Assembly: GCF_027921745.1 (NCBI RefSeq)
Contig: NC_079238.1
Location: 2,418,001-2,482,000 of the forward strand
Reading direction: 5' to 3'
Source of the DNA: Schizosaccharomyces osmophilus
Lineage: Eukaryota
DNA: 64,000 nt
In this document: piece by piece, positions 38,707 to 51,369 of the stretch
Numbering within the stretch: position 1 is the stretch's first letter
How the letters are laid out: the number at the start of each line of letters is the position of its first letter
Program-made: the position numbers and the translations under genes
Notes under the pieces: model-generated
Seen by the model: the letters and a program-made list of their open reading frames with translations, nothing else
Database searches by the model: none
What the model was told of the DNA's origin: nothing

Positions 38707-39549
38707 TGAATTCTGGTGAGCTTTCCCCGAATCCTTGATTCGTCAAGGGGTTTTTAAACGAAGAAGGTGGTTATAAAAGAAGGGCCTTGATAAGACGCTT
38801 TCAACATTGAAGGATGTTGGCTCTTCCTTCGTTTGGAAAAGGAATGTTAAATGAATCCACACATACTCCAATACGCCCAGGAAAAAAACAAATTATCATA
38901 TTCGGGAATGCATGTCTTTCTCAGAGGAAGAGAAATGTTTGTAATATTTTAGATTTGCTTAATGATGATGTTAGAATAACAAGCAATCTCTATTCATTTT
39001 AATGCCACTAATTTGACTTTTAATATAAACTTCCGGACTCTTCATAGCAATGGGATACAAAGCAAAATAAGCTACCAACGAAATTGATTAGCAGTCTTGT
39101 ATTCTTTCAAGAAATTGGACTTAGTCTACACAATCAACCTGCTCTGTTCAATACGTTCCATCGGGTATGAAAACTGATAGCACACATACTTCTTTAAAAC
39201 AGTGAATTTCATTCATTTCATTTCTTCTTTTATATAAAGAAAGCTTGATTTAATTTCAAAATGCTGTCAGTGAAAGAACTTCTATGAAGTATAGGGTGAT
39301 TCCTTATTTGAACAGCCCACTGTACTTTACCAGATTCAGACGTCTTAAATTGAAGAAATCGTCAAATTCTTCTAAACAATAAAAAAAAGAATAAATATAA
39401 AAGAAGAGACTCAATTGTTATATTCCTTAAAATACTATCCACAAAACAACAACAACAGTCAGCGAAAACAGAATTATTCATCGTCGGTTGACGACGAACA
39501 TTTAATTTGCTTCACCGAAGTGTTTCTTGAGATATGAAAACATTGCACC

Positions 39550-39823
39550 ATGTCTTCGTCTCCGAATAGTTTGCCAAATTCTGACATAAGTTGTTGCTTC
39601 CCTATAAGTCACTTCTTTCATCGGCTGCTGAAACGAAGAACCATGTAAGTTTTATACTTCAATTCGTTATTACTTTCAATTCACTAATGACAATAGACCC
39701 TGTAAATCAGTTCCTATTGTTCGTGTGCAAGAAGCAACTCCTCGCAATTCGTCTGTTGCTTATGAACAGCATTATGGGAAAACGACTCCCTCTTCTTCTT
39801 CTTCCTCTCCTACAAAAGAATAA
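39550..39823 (+). CDS. Small two-exon protein of unknown function (73 aa)
   Basis: ATG 39550, intron 39645-39696 (GTAAGT...CTAAT...TAG), stop 39821-39823: MSSSPNSLPNSDISCCFPISHFFHRLLKRRTIPCKSVPIVRVQEATPRNSSVAYEQHYGKTTPSSSSSSPTKE. Confidence 0.6.
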
Positions 39824-40067
39824 CGCTTTTATTCCTCTGTAAAAGCATAGAGGCTATTGGTGAAAAGAAGATGGTTCACAATGCAATCTGCGCGCTGTAG
39901 ATTTCGTAAGGATCATAGTTTTTATCATTTCACTCTTGATGCTATTCATTCATTGCTTTTGAAGCTCTTTTGGCATGATTCTCCCTTGGGTATGCAAGTG
40001 ATTCACGTTCACTTATTTTACAGCAAATCAAAAGATTTATCTTTATTTTGAAAGCCTTTCACTCTAA

Positions 40068-40112
40068 TTTATTTACTTTTTATTTATTTATCTATTTATT
40101 TATCTATTTATT
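40068..40112. repeat. Imperfect (TATT)n tract
   Basis: tttatttacttttatttatttatctatttatttatctatttatt, upstream of hpz1. Confidence 0.6.
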
Positions 40113-40288
40113 CAATATTTCGATTTTTCTGCATATTTGACTGCTCCTACTATTATGCCTTATGATGACACTACTTCCTTCCTGTTTACAAATTCAGAAG
40201 TTATATTTTGTAGACAGTTGTCCCTAAACCCCAAAAAGAAAGCATTCATTTTCACAAGTTTTTTTAATTCTATTATATACATTTTACC

Positions 40289-41369
40289 ATGGCTGAAGCC
40301 GGTGGAGGTTATCGTGTTGGTACGAAGTTGCACTTTGATGACAAGTAATGGGATGGTCGCATTGAATTATGCTACCACATTCCATTCCATTTTATTTAAT
40401 TTTTATTTATTTATTTATTTTTGTCAAAAAGGCTTCATTTCAAAAATGCTGACGTTTAGAAATTGCCAAAACTGGCAGAGCAGGTTGCAAGAGTAACCTT
40501 TGTGGAAGGTATTGGCATTCTTTATACAGTTGTTTGTTTGTTTTTTGTTTCTCTTAAAGATTCTTATCCAAGTGAAACTTTACTGAAAACTTTCTTGTGA
40601 TATCATTTTTGAATAGAATATACGCTAACAGAATTTTAAGATCAAAGATCGAACGTGGACAGCTTCGGTTTGGTTCGTTCGTTGATTCTGGTCGCTTTCA
40701 AAGCTGGATGTGGAGACACTGGGGTTGTGTTACTGAACGTGTTATTCAAAATGTAGAAACTAAGTTAGAAGGAAATATCGTCGACAACCTTGATGGTTTT
40801 GATGAAATAGAGGATGAGGAGGTTCAGCAAAAAGTTATACGAGCTTTCAAACAGGGCCATGTGGATGATGAAGATGTGGAAGCTTCACGTTCTATGGCAC
40901 CAGAAGATGACGAGAACGAAGAGGAAGATACGAAAGAAGAAAATTTGACCACGGAAGAAGAAGAAGAACCACTGGAAGAAGTCAAAGGAAAGCGAAAGCG
41001 TAGTACGAAAACTCCTTCTAAGAAAGCTGAACCCAAGTCATCAAAGAAAGATGCCAAAAAGCCAAAGCTTGAGGTTGTAAGCGACGAAGAGGCGGAAGAA
41101 TTGAAGGATGATGAAGAAGAAGATGAGCTCTTGCCAGAAAATGATGATGATGATGCTGAGGAGGATGGCGCAGATGAACGAGATGGTAGTGACTCAGAGG
41201 AAAAGTCTCCTAAGAAAACGATTGCCTCGGAACGCCCAAAGCGCTCAACTAGGTATGCTGAAAGTAACGTCGTGAAGCGGAGAAAAAGTAAAATTGACTG
41301 TACTAACATGGCAACAGGGCGCCTGTTAAGTACGCTGAAAGCGGTGAAGAATATTCTGATAGTGACTAG
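40289..41369 (+). CDS. hpz1: PARP-type zinc-finger protein Hpz1 (4 exons)
   Basis: GGYRV|EIAKTGRAGCKSNLCG|RSKIERGQLRFG...WRHWGCVT zf-PARP domain, acidic/basic tail, last exon APVKYAESGEEYSDSD*. Confidence 0.85.
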
Positions 41370-41879
41370 TGAACTCGGACACGATATAAATACAATTTTT
41401 TTTTTGAGCATGAAATTATCTTGAAATACTACCTAAAACTACTTAGTTTCAATTAATGTTATCAAATCTCTGTAATTCATGATGATTAACAGACCTCTCT
41501 ATGAATTATAAAAGCAAAAGCATTTTTATTGACTTTACCATGGAAACACCGATATTCATTTTCTAGTTGATATCTTTATTGCTTTATATTTATTTTGAAA
41601 ATGAAATCTGAGAAGGTTTCTTTCAACATGCTACCTGTACCCGTAGGACTAAAGTGTCTGTTTACTCAGGCCGTCTATAGGCACCAACCATATACAAACC
41701 TAACCATAACAAAGATCTTTCACAATAACAACTTATACTTCTGTTGAAATTAATTTTTATAATCTATTTTCAAACATTTACTATTTATTTTAATTGCTGC
41801 AATATCTCATCCGGCAGGATTTTAAATTAAAGTGTTAAGAAAAGCTCATATCGATTGACTAGGATAATTAAGAGAAAAG

Positions 41880-42721
41880 ATGTTCCGTAGGATTCTTTAT
41901 TTCTTAGTCTACTGGCTGATACATAAGGCGTTTAGCGTTTACGCTTCTAGTCAGAACTGGATTTCATGGGGTAGCAACTATTTGTTGAATTTTCTCTACC
42001 ATCACCACTGTAGTCGTGACCTTATTCGCAGAGATACAATTAAATTGAACAAGAAACCAAGACATTTGTCTGTTTTATTGGAATGTCACGATAACACCGG
42101 GCTGGAAGGATTAATTCATGATACATGTGAACTAGCCGCATGGTGCATTTGTTCTGCTATACCCGAGCTTACGATTTATGAAAGAAAGGGTACGAGTTGA
42201 AACTATTTATTTCTATTTTCAGCATGATCGAATTCACATTATACTAACCTATAGGGTTCCTGAAACGATATCCTGAAGCTATGGAGAAAGCTATTTACTC
42301 TCATCTTCCATTTTATGTGGGCCGTGAAAAATGCGTTGTACAAGTTCGTAACTCCTGTTCAAATAATGAAAAAGAGCAAGAGGTACCCAAGGATTTGAAG
42401 GTCCATTTAATTGCCGAGGAGGACGGAAGAGATGCCATCATTGACTTAACCCGTGGACTAGCCGATTTGGCTACCAAGAAAGTAATAACGAGTGAACAAG
42501 TAACCCAAGAGTTGATTGACAAAGAGTTGACTGAAAGCGTTATTCCGGAGCCTGACCTATTAATTATTTTCTCACCCTACCTCAAATTACGAGGGTTCCC
42601 TCCTTGGCAGTTGCGTTTGTGTGAAATTTTCCATGACCCAGTCTTTACCAGTCCCAGCTATTTGAGTTTTTATAAAGCACTCACCAGATACTCCACTGCT
42701 GAGATGCGCCTTGGTCATTGA
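41880..42721 (+). CDS. nus1: cis-prenyltransferase subunit Nus1 (2 exons)
   Basis: KKPRHLSV, LTIYERKG|, EPDLLIIF, GFPPWQLRLCEI, C-terminal RxG motif EMRLGH. Confidence 0.93.
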
Positions 42722-43166
42722 GAGAACACAGAGTTAAACTTTACTAATGACAACTATTTTCCATTCGCTCTTTTATTACGAAACTTTATCTTTTTTTCTT
42801 CATAAAGTACATACTTCGGTGTGATTATGATTCCATTGCTCATGTGTTTAAAGAGTGCTTTAGGATTTGACAAGAGAAAACAGTATGGATTTCTACGATT
42901 TTATTAGTTTATATTTCAACCTTCTTTAAGAATAGTAACAACGAGTTTCCGTTGAAATGTATTTACGAATTGCAAATTAAAACTTCATTTGGTTTGTTTA
43001 GTACCGTACAAAGTGCCTAGTTTCAATAACTTTAAAGTATCGTTTTGCAGCTCCTTATTTGAACACCAACTGGGGGAGTAGGTTGACGCATCAGCAGGCT
43101 CGCACACAGTCTCTCTTTTCACTACCGTCCTTACTCCTTGGACGAAGAGAATTAGAGCTAATAACA

Positions 43167-43836
43167 ATGAATTCACAAGATGCTCCAGTCGTTCCAGATG
43201 AAGAGAGGAACGCTTTTCGAGTACCAAGAATGTTTCGAATGTCATCTCATCCAATGGTTCTGTTCTTCTTTTTATTCTTTCGAACAAGTGCCATTGTTGC
43301 GTATATTTTAGGAATGCTATTTACATCTAGCTTGTATGTTGTGAGACTTGAAAGTAGAAAGATGCGAGTTGCTGTTTGCTAACCCGGGTTTGGTGTTTAG
43401 TATGCTTTTATTTATCTTAATATTTACATTATTGGCAATGGATCTCTGGACAGTGAAAAACGTTTCGGGTCGATTGCTTGTCGGATTGAGATGGAGAAAT
43501 GAAACGGGTGTTGATGGTGAAAGTATATGGATTTTTGAGTCGGCTGACCCCAATCGTCCACGAAATACCATAGACCAAAAAGTATTTTGGTATGGACTGT
43601 ATATTTACCCGGCGGTTTGGGGCCTATTGGCTATCCTAGCGTTGGTTCGCTTCCAATTTTTGTGGCTTTCTCTTGTAGCAATAGGCATTTCACTAACGTC
43701 TGTCAATACCGCTGCGTACAGCCGATGTGACAAAGATGCTAAGAGACGATGGGCTACGGAACTTGTGGAATCGAATTCTTCTGGATTTGTATCCCAATTC
43801 CTTTCAAGGGTCTTTGTAAAGCGATTTTTTGGCTAA
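43167..43836 (+). CDS. tvp23: Golgi membrane protein Tvp23 (DUF846; 2 exons)
   Basis: SSHPMVLFFFLFFR, DLWTVKNVSGRLLVGLRWRNE, WIFES. Confidence 0.93.
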
Positions 43837-44805
43837 ACTCCCGTAAATGCGCTTACGCTAAAGAGGAATCCATGCTATACTTCCGTTGTATGAAAGAAGA
43901 TACTTCATTTTCACATGTCTTTCTTTTCCTTTTCAGTTTCCGTTCCTTTTCAATCCTCACATCGAATCCTACTGGATGGGTTCCCTTTTTCCCGTAAATG
44001 GATATTATGAATCTCTCTTTATAATTATATGCATATGTTTCGTATTAAATTTTATTAAAACGATACTTGCTACCTATAAGATGATATTGCTGTATGATCA
44101 CCCGAGCTTATAAAGTCACTTTGTTACCTTGCCACCCATCATGGTCACATGTACCATGTAAACGTTCCGTAATTTTCTTACAAATTCTATTCTGTGTTCC
44201 GCTTCATAATCCCAGTTAACGAGCAGCATTGGGCGGCTTTTAATACCAAAAACTCCTTTCTCCGTAAACTTGGATTTATCATACACTTTATATAACCAAG
44301 AAGGCTCCATCCATTTTTGTCTTTTGCCTTGTATATTAACGGATTTAAAGCGCTGCTGTTTTAGTTTACTACTTGAAACTGATTCTGTTTAGTTGAGACA
44401 GATTATTTGGAATTTTGATACACAGCGTGCCCTTTCGATGGAGGATTTAAGAGTATTTAGGTTTCTTTTTTTGTTTTAAGCCTGTTTAATTTCTTGAAAT
44501 TCAGTTTGAACATCCATCTTGGTCAGTATTGACTTGGGTAGATTGTTTTCAAGCATTTTTTTGGTATATATTCATTCAGTTGGATTGTCATTTACGTGTA
44601 TTATATATACCCATAACTACGGCAATACCTGTTTGATACCAGAATTTGCATATACGTTTATCCCCTTTTTTATTTATTTCCATTTTCCTCATCTCTCATT
44701 GCTTTTGAGTTTGTCTTCTTCATTATCCGATCTCCTTTACCTGTCTTTATTATTTTCTTTTTGAACTTTTTTCCATCTCCGTCTGTTTTTGTTCTATAGC
44801 TTATC

Positions 44806-46959
44806 ATGGATTCCAACACCCCGACAGACCGTTCCACACTTCCATGGGAAGAAGAACCTGCAAACGAAAGTCAGATGAATGGCGCTCAACCACCGCCTCA
44901 AGACACTGCGTCTCAACCGGGCCAAGGTCAGATTGGTAATCCAGAAAATCCTGAGCAACAACTCGCTTTTTCAATCGGTACAATGTTTATAATCGCTCCT
45001 CAAGGTGGAGGAGGGGCTGATGGAAATGAAAATGAAAACTTTATTAACCCATTCCAGCCTCCTGTGAAACGTGCTCTTAAAGAGGCTTGGGATTCTTTTG
45101 AGGATGTTGCTTCTGAGCAACTTCCTGATCAAAGTTGTCCCATTTGCTATGATGATATGAATGTAGATGAAGAAACCAGAGCTACTCGTATGCCTTGTGG
45201 TCATATTTTTGGTAAAAATTGTCTAAAAATTTGGCTTGAAGATCATTGTAGTTGCCCTCTTTGCCGTAAGGAAGTACCACATGAAACGATCGGCTCTTCT
45301 CATCCGCCTATTCTATTTATCATTCCCCATTCCAACCAGCGCCCCCCAAATCAAGGAGAGAATGCCGAGCAAAGTAATGCCGAACAAATTCCTGCTGAAA
45401 ACACCAATCCTCTCCTTTCACTCGCGCAACAACATCGTCCAGAAGGCGCCGAAGCCACCCCTGCAAACGAGACAAACGAGGGTACCCCTACTCCTCCTCG
45501 TATCGCTTTCAATCGTATACGTTTTGTCCTTGCGCCCCATCGTACGCCTCAGCCAACGGAGACGGCGTCTGACTCTCCATCCACACCTCAACCAGCACAA
45601 CAAAATTCCGTTGATTCCGATCCTAACGCTCCGTCGACGGAGCCTGCTCCATCGGGATCTTCGCTTCCTCGCCCGCCTGTTACCTTGACATCTCTCTTCA
45701 ATTCTTTTCTTTCTAATCCTTTGGATCGTAACTTGCCCTCCATGCGAACAGATTCTCCCTCCAGTGCAGAACCTCAAAGTGCTCAGCCGGCAGAGCATCA
45801 AAACACAGAAGTCGGTGCTGCTCGGCCTATTGAACCATCAACCCTAGTTCAGCCTCCAAATATTATGAACTTTCCTCCCTTCACTCCTTCTAATTTTGCT
45901 CCGCCTGCTCAACCAAATGCTGCTCAAACACCCGAGTCGGCGGGTGCTCCTGGTCAGCCATCAAGTCAATTTATTACTTTCCACGGGCTACCTTCTCTTG
46001 GGGATTTGCCTACTGTCTTGGAAAGCTTGCTTCGTCCCAATGGATTGTTAAATCTTCAAAACCGTGCTCAGCAACCTCAGAGCGCGGAAGGACAACCCGT
46101 GGTTGGCAGTGAGGGAAATGCGGAGAATATGAATGAACAAGAACAACGTACTACTACCGTAGAACCTTCTGAAGAAGATCGCGCAAGACCTGAAGGATCT
46201 CGTACTGCGAATCCTATGATTCATATCTATTTCTTCCGTCCACCAAACGCTGATGGCACTGTTGCTACTCCAACAAACGCTGGGGAAACTGAATCCAGTA
46301 ATGTTGAATCGAATGAAGATCGCAACGTAACCGAAAGTGGCAGAGATACTTCTGTGGAAAACAATGAGAATCGTACTAGTTTATCTTCGGCTCTTCCCGC
46401 TGGCTTGAGACACCTTAGTGAAATGGGTCAGCGCATTGTCCGAAGATTCCAAGAAGAGTTTGAAAATCGTGTACGTCAAACGACCGAACAACCTCAGCAG
46501 GAGCAGACCACTAGCGATGCGGAAGCTTCCCGCAGTCAACATAATTCCAACATTACCGTCACTAATGCTTCTCCATCGCAATCTGAGATTCCTTCAGTTG
46601 AACCAGCTGGTGTTGTCGACGAAGACAATAGGGTTGGTCGAGCCTCCGTTTCTACTCCGTCGGAAGCAGTTACTAGTGACGGAGAAACGAGCAGAGTCCC
46701 ATCAGGAGCTAGTACTCCTCGTATGGCAGCTCCTGTCGCACGCAGGAGCGTTCGCCACCATCCTTACAGTCGTCCATCATCTACTAAACTCCATTGTCAA
46801 TATGAAGATCAAGGTAGCTGTAATCCAAACGATAGATTTCTACATTTTGAATGTGGTCATCATGTACATGAATCTTGTTACCGTGATTCGCCGGAGAATG
46901 GACAAATGGATGAGGTTGACGAGCAATGTCCAAAATGTCGCCAGCAGAATGAAAAATAA
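44806..46959 (+). CDS. san1: Nuclear quality-control RING E3 ligase San1
   Basis: RING CPICYDD...CGHIFGKNCL...CPLCR with the San1-type Gly substitution, a long disordered region and a C-terminal Cys/His cluster; syntenic. Confidence 0.88.
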   Translation: MDSNTPTDRSTLPWEEEPANESQMNGAQPPPQDTASQPGQGQIGNPENPEQQLAFSIGTMFIIAPQGGGGADGNENENFINPFQPPVKRALKEAWDSFEDVASEQLPDQSCPICYDDMNVDEETRATRMPCGHIFGKNCLKIWLEDHCSCPLCRKEVPHETIGSSHPPILFIIPHSNQRPPNQGENAEQSNAEQIPAENTNPLLSLAQQHRPEGAEATPANETNEGTPTPPRIAFNRIRFVLAPHRTPQPTETASDSPSTPQPAQQNSVDSDPNAPSTEPAPSGSSLPRPPVTLTSLFNSFLSNPLDRNLPSMRTDSPSSAEPQSAQPAEHQNTEVGAARPIEPSTLVQPPNIMNFPPFTPSNFAPPAQPNAAQTPESAGAPGQPSSQFITFHGLPSLGDLPTVLESLLRPNGLLNLQNRAQQPQSAEGQPVVGSEGNAENMNEQEQRTTTVEPSEEDRARPEGSRTANPMIHIYFFRPPNADGTVATPTNAGETESSNVESNEDRNVTESGRDTSVENNENRTSLSSALPAGLRHLSEMGQRIVRRFQEEFENRVRQTTEQPQQEQTTSDAEASRSQHNSNITVTNASPSQSEIPSVEPAGVVDEDNRVGRASVSTPSEAVTSDGETSRVPSGASTPRMAAPVARRSVRHHPYSRPSSTKLHCQYEDQGSCNPNDRFLHFECGHHVHESCYRDSPENGQMDEVDEQCPKCRQQNEK

Positions 46960-47215
46960 AGCGACTTATATGTCTGATTTTTGTATAAATTATGTATTTT
47001 TGATGTATGAGATGGCTTTCTGAAGAATAAGGGTTTGGATTAGATTAATGTTAATGTTATTATGTTCGGTTTTTCTTTCTAAATATAATTTACAGGGTTA
47101 GTGATTAAATTGGTATTAATGAATTAAACGAGACTTCCATTATCATAAAAACAAACAATGCAAAAATTAAATGTTTACAATTCTAGTCAATAAGTATACG
47201 GAGAGCAAAAGCTTA

Positions 47216-48558
47216 TCAGAAAAAACAAGTAAGATGACTGGGAATAGCTTTTCGAAATTCCATAAGCCCACCAAGCATCGGATCATCTAAGCCAACGACG
47301 AAAGTGTCTCCAGAAGGAGAGAAGCTCGCGCCAGAAATTTCACCGAAAAAATCTATAATCTGGCAATCACTGAACGTCTTAGTGTTATAGATCTGAACGA
47401 AATCTGCTTGCTCAACCGCAGCAAGACTCTCACCCGTTGAAGAGAATACTACGTTAGTAACAGCACTCATTTGGCTTCCTAATGTGCGGATTGGATACTT
47501 TAAAAACCTTGAATCCCAAACCTTTAAGGTGGTGTCCTGGCCTCCTGTAGCAAGAATATGTCCGTTCGGATGCCATGCTCCCGTAAGGACAGAATCAGAG
47601 TGAGAAATTTCATTGATTATTCGATTTGATCTCCAATCGAAAATTGGCACATTCTTTGAATCTGAACATATTAATAATTGTGACAAATCAGGAGAAGGAT
47701 GTGTACTGTTGACAGCATCTGTGCCACGGAAAATTATTTGATTATCAGGTTTTTCTATATTTTCCAAAGCCACCGATCCGTCATTACACCCAAGGACTAC
47801 CGAATCTCTGTAATTTAACAATTCAATATAATTTACAGACTCATCGTGCATCTTTCGAATGCTGCAAGTTTGGGTTTTTGGATTAAAAATACCATACTGT
47901 CCGTATAAAGTGCCAAAGCATCCTAGTTGTTGAGAAGCTGACAGACAGCAAATGGAATTTTTCTGTAAGATTCTACTGCGAAGGTCAAACACATCGGTTA
48001 CTTCTTTAGTCAGTAAATTATGTCCTTGGATACCAGACTCGCTAACATAAAGAAGAGAGAATTCGTCAAAGAAAGCAAGACTTTTGCATAGATGAAAATG
48101 GTTCTTCACGCACGCAGCAGTCTTATAGAAAGTATGAAACTCAAAAAAGGGATCATGTGGAGAAATTCGAACATCATCTAGAGACAATTCATCCGGAGAC
48201 CAGTCAGAATGATTGCAAGCCAAACTGTACGTATGTAGTCTATAGAGACGAAAATATTCCCTAGGTCCAATGGCTTTATTTCCCCAAGGGATTCCCTGAA
48301 AATCAACACGCTGAGGAACTGTAGACCCGATCAATGGATCAGCGCTCACGGTAAAGTTGGCTTCAGTAGGAAATCCAAAGCTGTCGAGCTCAACGAGCTT
48401 TCGATTTCCTGTGTACCAAGATGTATACAGAAAGTCATCAAGATAATCCTGTATAGCCGCTCCACTTTCAGCTAACCCATTTATGTTAAAACAAAGTCTA
48501 TAGAACTCTGTAAGTACTTACGGATTAAGTATTGCCCATGGAAATCCCCATTTGTCAT
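47216..48558 (-). CDS. WD40-repeat protein (C2A9.03-like; 2 exons)
   Basis: Exon 1 MTNGDFHGQYLI|GTAAGT splices in frame to ...DFQGIPW, AWHPNGHILATGGQDTTLKVWD, EQADFV, IDFFGEISG. Confidence 0.85.
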
Positions 48559-49100
48559 TCAGAATTAGGATATATTAACAATAATCCTGCTATCAAAGAT
48601 TCTTCAAAAAATTGGTGCTAGTGGTACACAAGGAGACGAAAAAGTGCATATGACCATGAGAGGTAGAAACCATCATTTTCATTTTTATTAATCAAAATAG
48701 AATCTTATAATATAATATATATATAACTCTTCAATTGAATATTGACATTATAGTGCTATGGCATAATAGCTGAAAGTACATGCTTGGTTTGACACGCTTT
48801 AAAGCTCGTCCTTATATTCGTAAGAAACAAATTTTTTTTTGTTTTTTATTTTTTTTTTTTTTTTTTTAAATACAACCTTGTCTCTCAAACTCCTTAAGTC
48901 ATACGAATTGAGTTTGTTGCGCTGATGAACCAGATTTTGTTAAAAGCAGTAGCACTCAGACATCATAGGAAAAATCAAAAGCTTAAAGGATCAAAAAAAT
49001 CTCAATTCGATCGAGTTAAAGTTGGACGCATTCAGTTGTTTTCAATTTTTGGCTGAACAGCGTTCCTTACTTTTACCACTTGGGCTAACTTGATGATTCA

Positions 49101-51026
49101 ATGAGCAAGGACGTTAAAGAATCCGCCAGGTTTTATTTATTAGATCTTATAGACTCTGTAAGTTGCTTTTAACTTTGGATTTACTGGCTTACATAATTAT
49201 AGATTGCGGGAAAGAAAAGCCTGTTACTAGAGCGAGAGCTATCTGGTATTCTAGGGCAAATTATTACGACTAATACCCTTCAAGAGCATGGAATTCCTCA
49301 AGTTTTTTGGTTCGATAGTAATATTCCTCAAGAATTAGACCAAAAAATCATATATTTATGTCGACCCACTTATGCGAATGCTAAATTAGTTTCTGCTCAT
49401 GTTCGACAGCATCAGCAGAATATGAACCAGACTGAAAACACCGTAATTTTACTACCTTGTACAAATGTTTTATTTGAGACGGTGCTGCAAGAAGAGGGTG
49501 TTTTCGGCGAACTGGTGATTATGGAATGGTCGCTGCATGTGGTACCGTTGGATGAGGACCTTTTTTCTTTAGAATTAAGTCCTGGTGTTAAAGAGGATAA
49601 TTTACTTAAGCATTCTGTTAGTGCTCTGGTCAACTTTGAATCCCAAAACGGTCGGTTTCCACGGGCATCTGGTCGTGGTCCCAATTCTGCTAAACTTGTT
49701 GAGATTTGGGATAAATGGTACCAAGAAGAAGCTATCAATAACGCGAGAAAAGATGAGTATGAAGTTTCTACTTCTTATGACAGTGTCTTGATTATGGATC
49801 GCACAATGGACTGGGTGACTCCATTTCTCACTCAGTTAACGTATCTTGGTCTTTTAGATGAAATACTAGGAATTGAACAGAGTGAGTTATTTTCTTTGTC
49901 GAAATCGACTAACAAAACTCATAGTGAATGTTAAACTGCCTCCGAACTTGGTAAACCGAAATGAGAATTTGTCTTCCGGATCGCACAAAAAGTTTTCCCT
50001 AAGTTCGTCATACAGTACCATTAGTAAGGATGTTAAAGACGCGAATTTCAATTGCATTGGCTCCTATTTGGGAAAAATTGCTCGGAAACTTTCGAGCGAC
50101 TATGATGGTCGCCGTCAAGCTAAAACGGTGAATCAAATACGCGATTTCGTTTCGAAATTGGGTTCTTTACAGTCGGAACACACTTCATTAAATATACGTA
50201 TGTACACATTCGAAGCTTTGAAATGATTTTTGTGATAATAAACTAATGGATAGACACTGGACTTGCTGAACTAATGATGCAACATGCTAAAAGTAGTACC
50301 TTTCAAAAGATTTTGCAAATACAGCAATCACTTGTGTCTGGTGCTGACCCTTCTAGTCAGTTTCCTTTGCTGGATCAACTGATATATACGGATGTACCTG
50401 TTGAAGAAGTGTTCCGTATACTCTGTTTAGCCAGCATCGTCTCAACAGGGTTAAAGCAGAAAGACATCGATTTTTATCGAAAAGAGATTGTACAGACTTA
50501 TGGCTATAAAAATTTATTGACCTTTCAATGTTTGATTGACGCTGGATTGTTACGAGTTCGGCCTTCAAGTAATATCTCTTTACAGAGGTCATTCTCATAT
50601 ACTACTTGGCTCAACAACTATCCATTGATTAATGAGGAAGTCAATGAACAGCATCCTTCAGACATTTCTTATACCTACAGTGGATACGGGCCCTTGTCTG
50701 TGCATATGTCTTATGATATTCTGCAAAACAGAGACAATCCTGAGAAGCTTGCACGGCTAAACAGTTTCCCTGGGGAATACGTAGACAAATGGTTCAAGCA
50801 GCAAGATAGAAACTTTTCCCGAACGTTTACTAGAGGAACAGATAAAAAGAGGAAAATCCTTATTTTCTTCTTAGGGGGCTGTACATTTACTGAGCTTTCA
50901 GCGTTTCGTTTGTTGGCTGATAAACTTGGCAAATTCGAATTTACATTTATGACTACAGGTATGATCACTGGTGGTAAAATAGTACAGTCCTTTATGCCGT
51001 CTATCCAAACTTTGATTGATGAGTAA
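49101..51026 (+). CDS. vps33: HOPS/CORVET SM protein Vps33 (4 exons)
   Basis: VPLDEDLFSLE, DRTMDWVTPFLTQLTYLGLLDE, DISYTYSGYGPLS, FFLGGCTFTELSAFR. Confidence 0.93.
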
Positions 51027-51039
51027 TGTCTATTAATAC

Positions 51040-51043
<4 letters not shown>

Positions 51044-51070
<27 letters not shown>
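51044..51070. repeat. (TA)n microsatellite
   Basis: About 13 TA units in the vps33 3' region. Confidence 0.8.
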
Positions 51071-51074
<4 letters not shown>

Positions 51075-51369
51075 CATATTAAAAAGAAGAACATTTGAGA
51101 TTAATGAATGAAATAATGCTTTAAGAAAGGCAACGTTTAGGAAGCCTATTTATAACCTCTCGGTAGTAGCGACTGAATAGTTTGTTCATACGATCAAACT
51201 ATTTAAATGTTGAAAATAAACCATTCTTGTATAGCTCACTTAATAATTACCTACTAACAGTATTTGTTTGTACCTATTGTTTTTGCTATTATGTATCTCT
51301 TGGTTGCCATGCCAGCATCGACTTCGTATAATAATAAGCTATCCCTTCACAACACACGAACATTGAAGA

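Noticed and set aside
40824..41411. 195-aa Ser-rich antisense ORF over hpz1 (likewise the antisense ORFs over fib1, top1, rhp23 and san1)
   Set aside because: Reverse complement of low-complexity or biased coding sequence.
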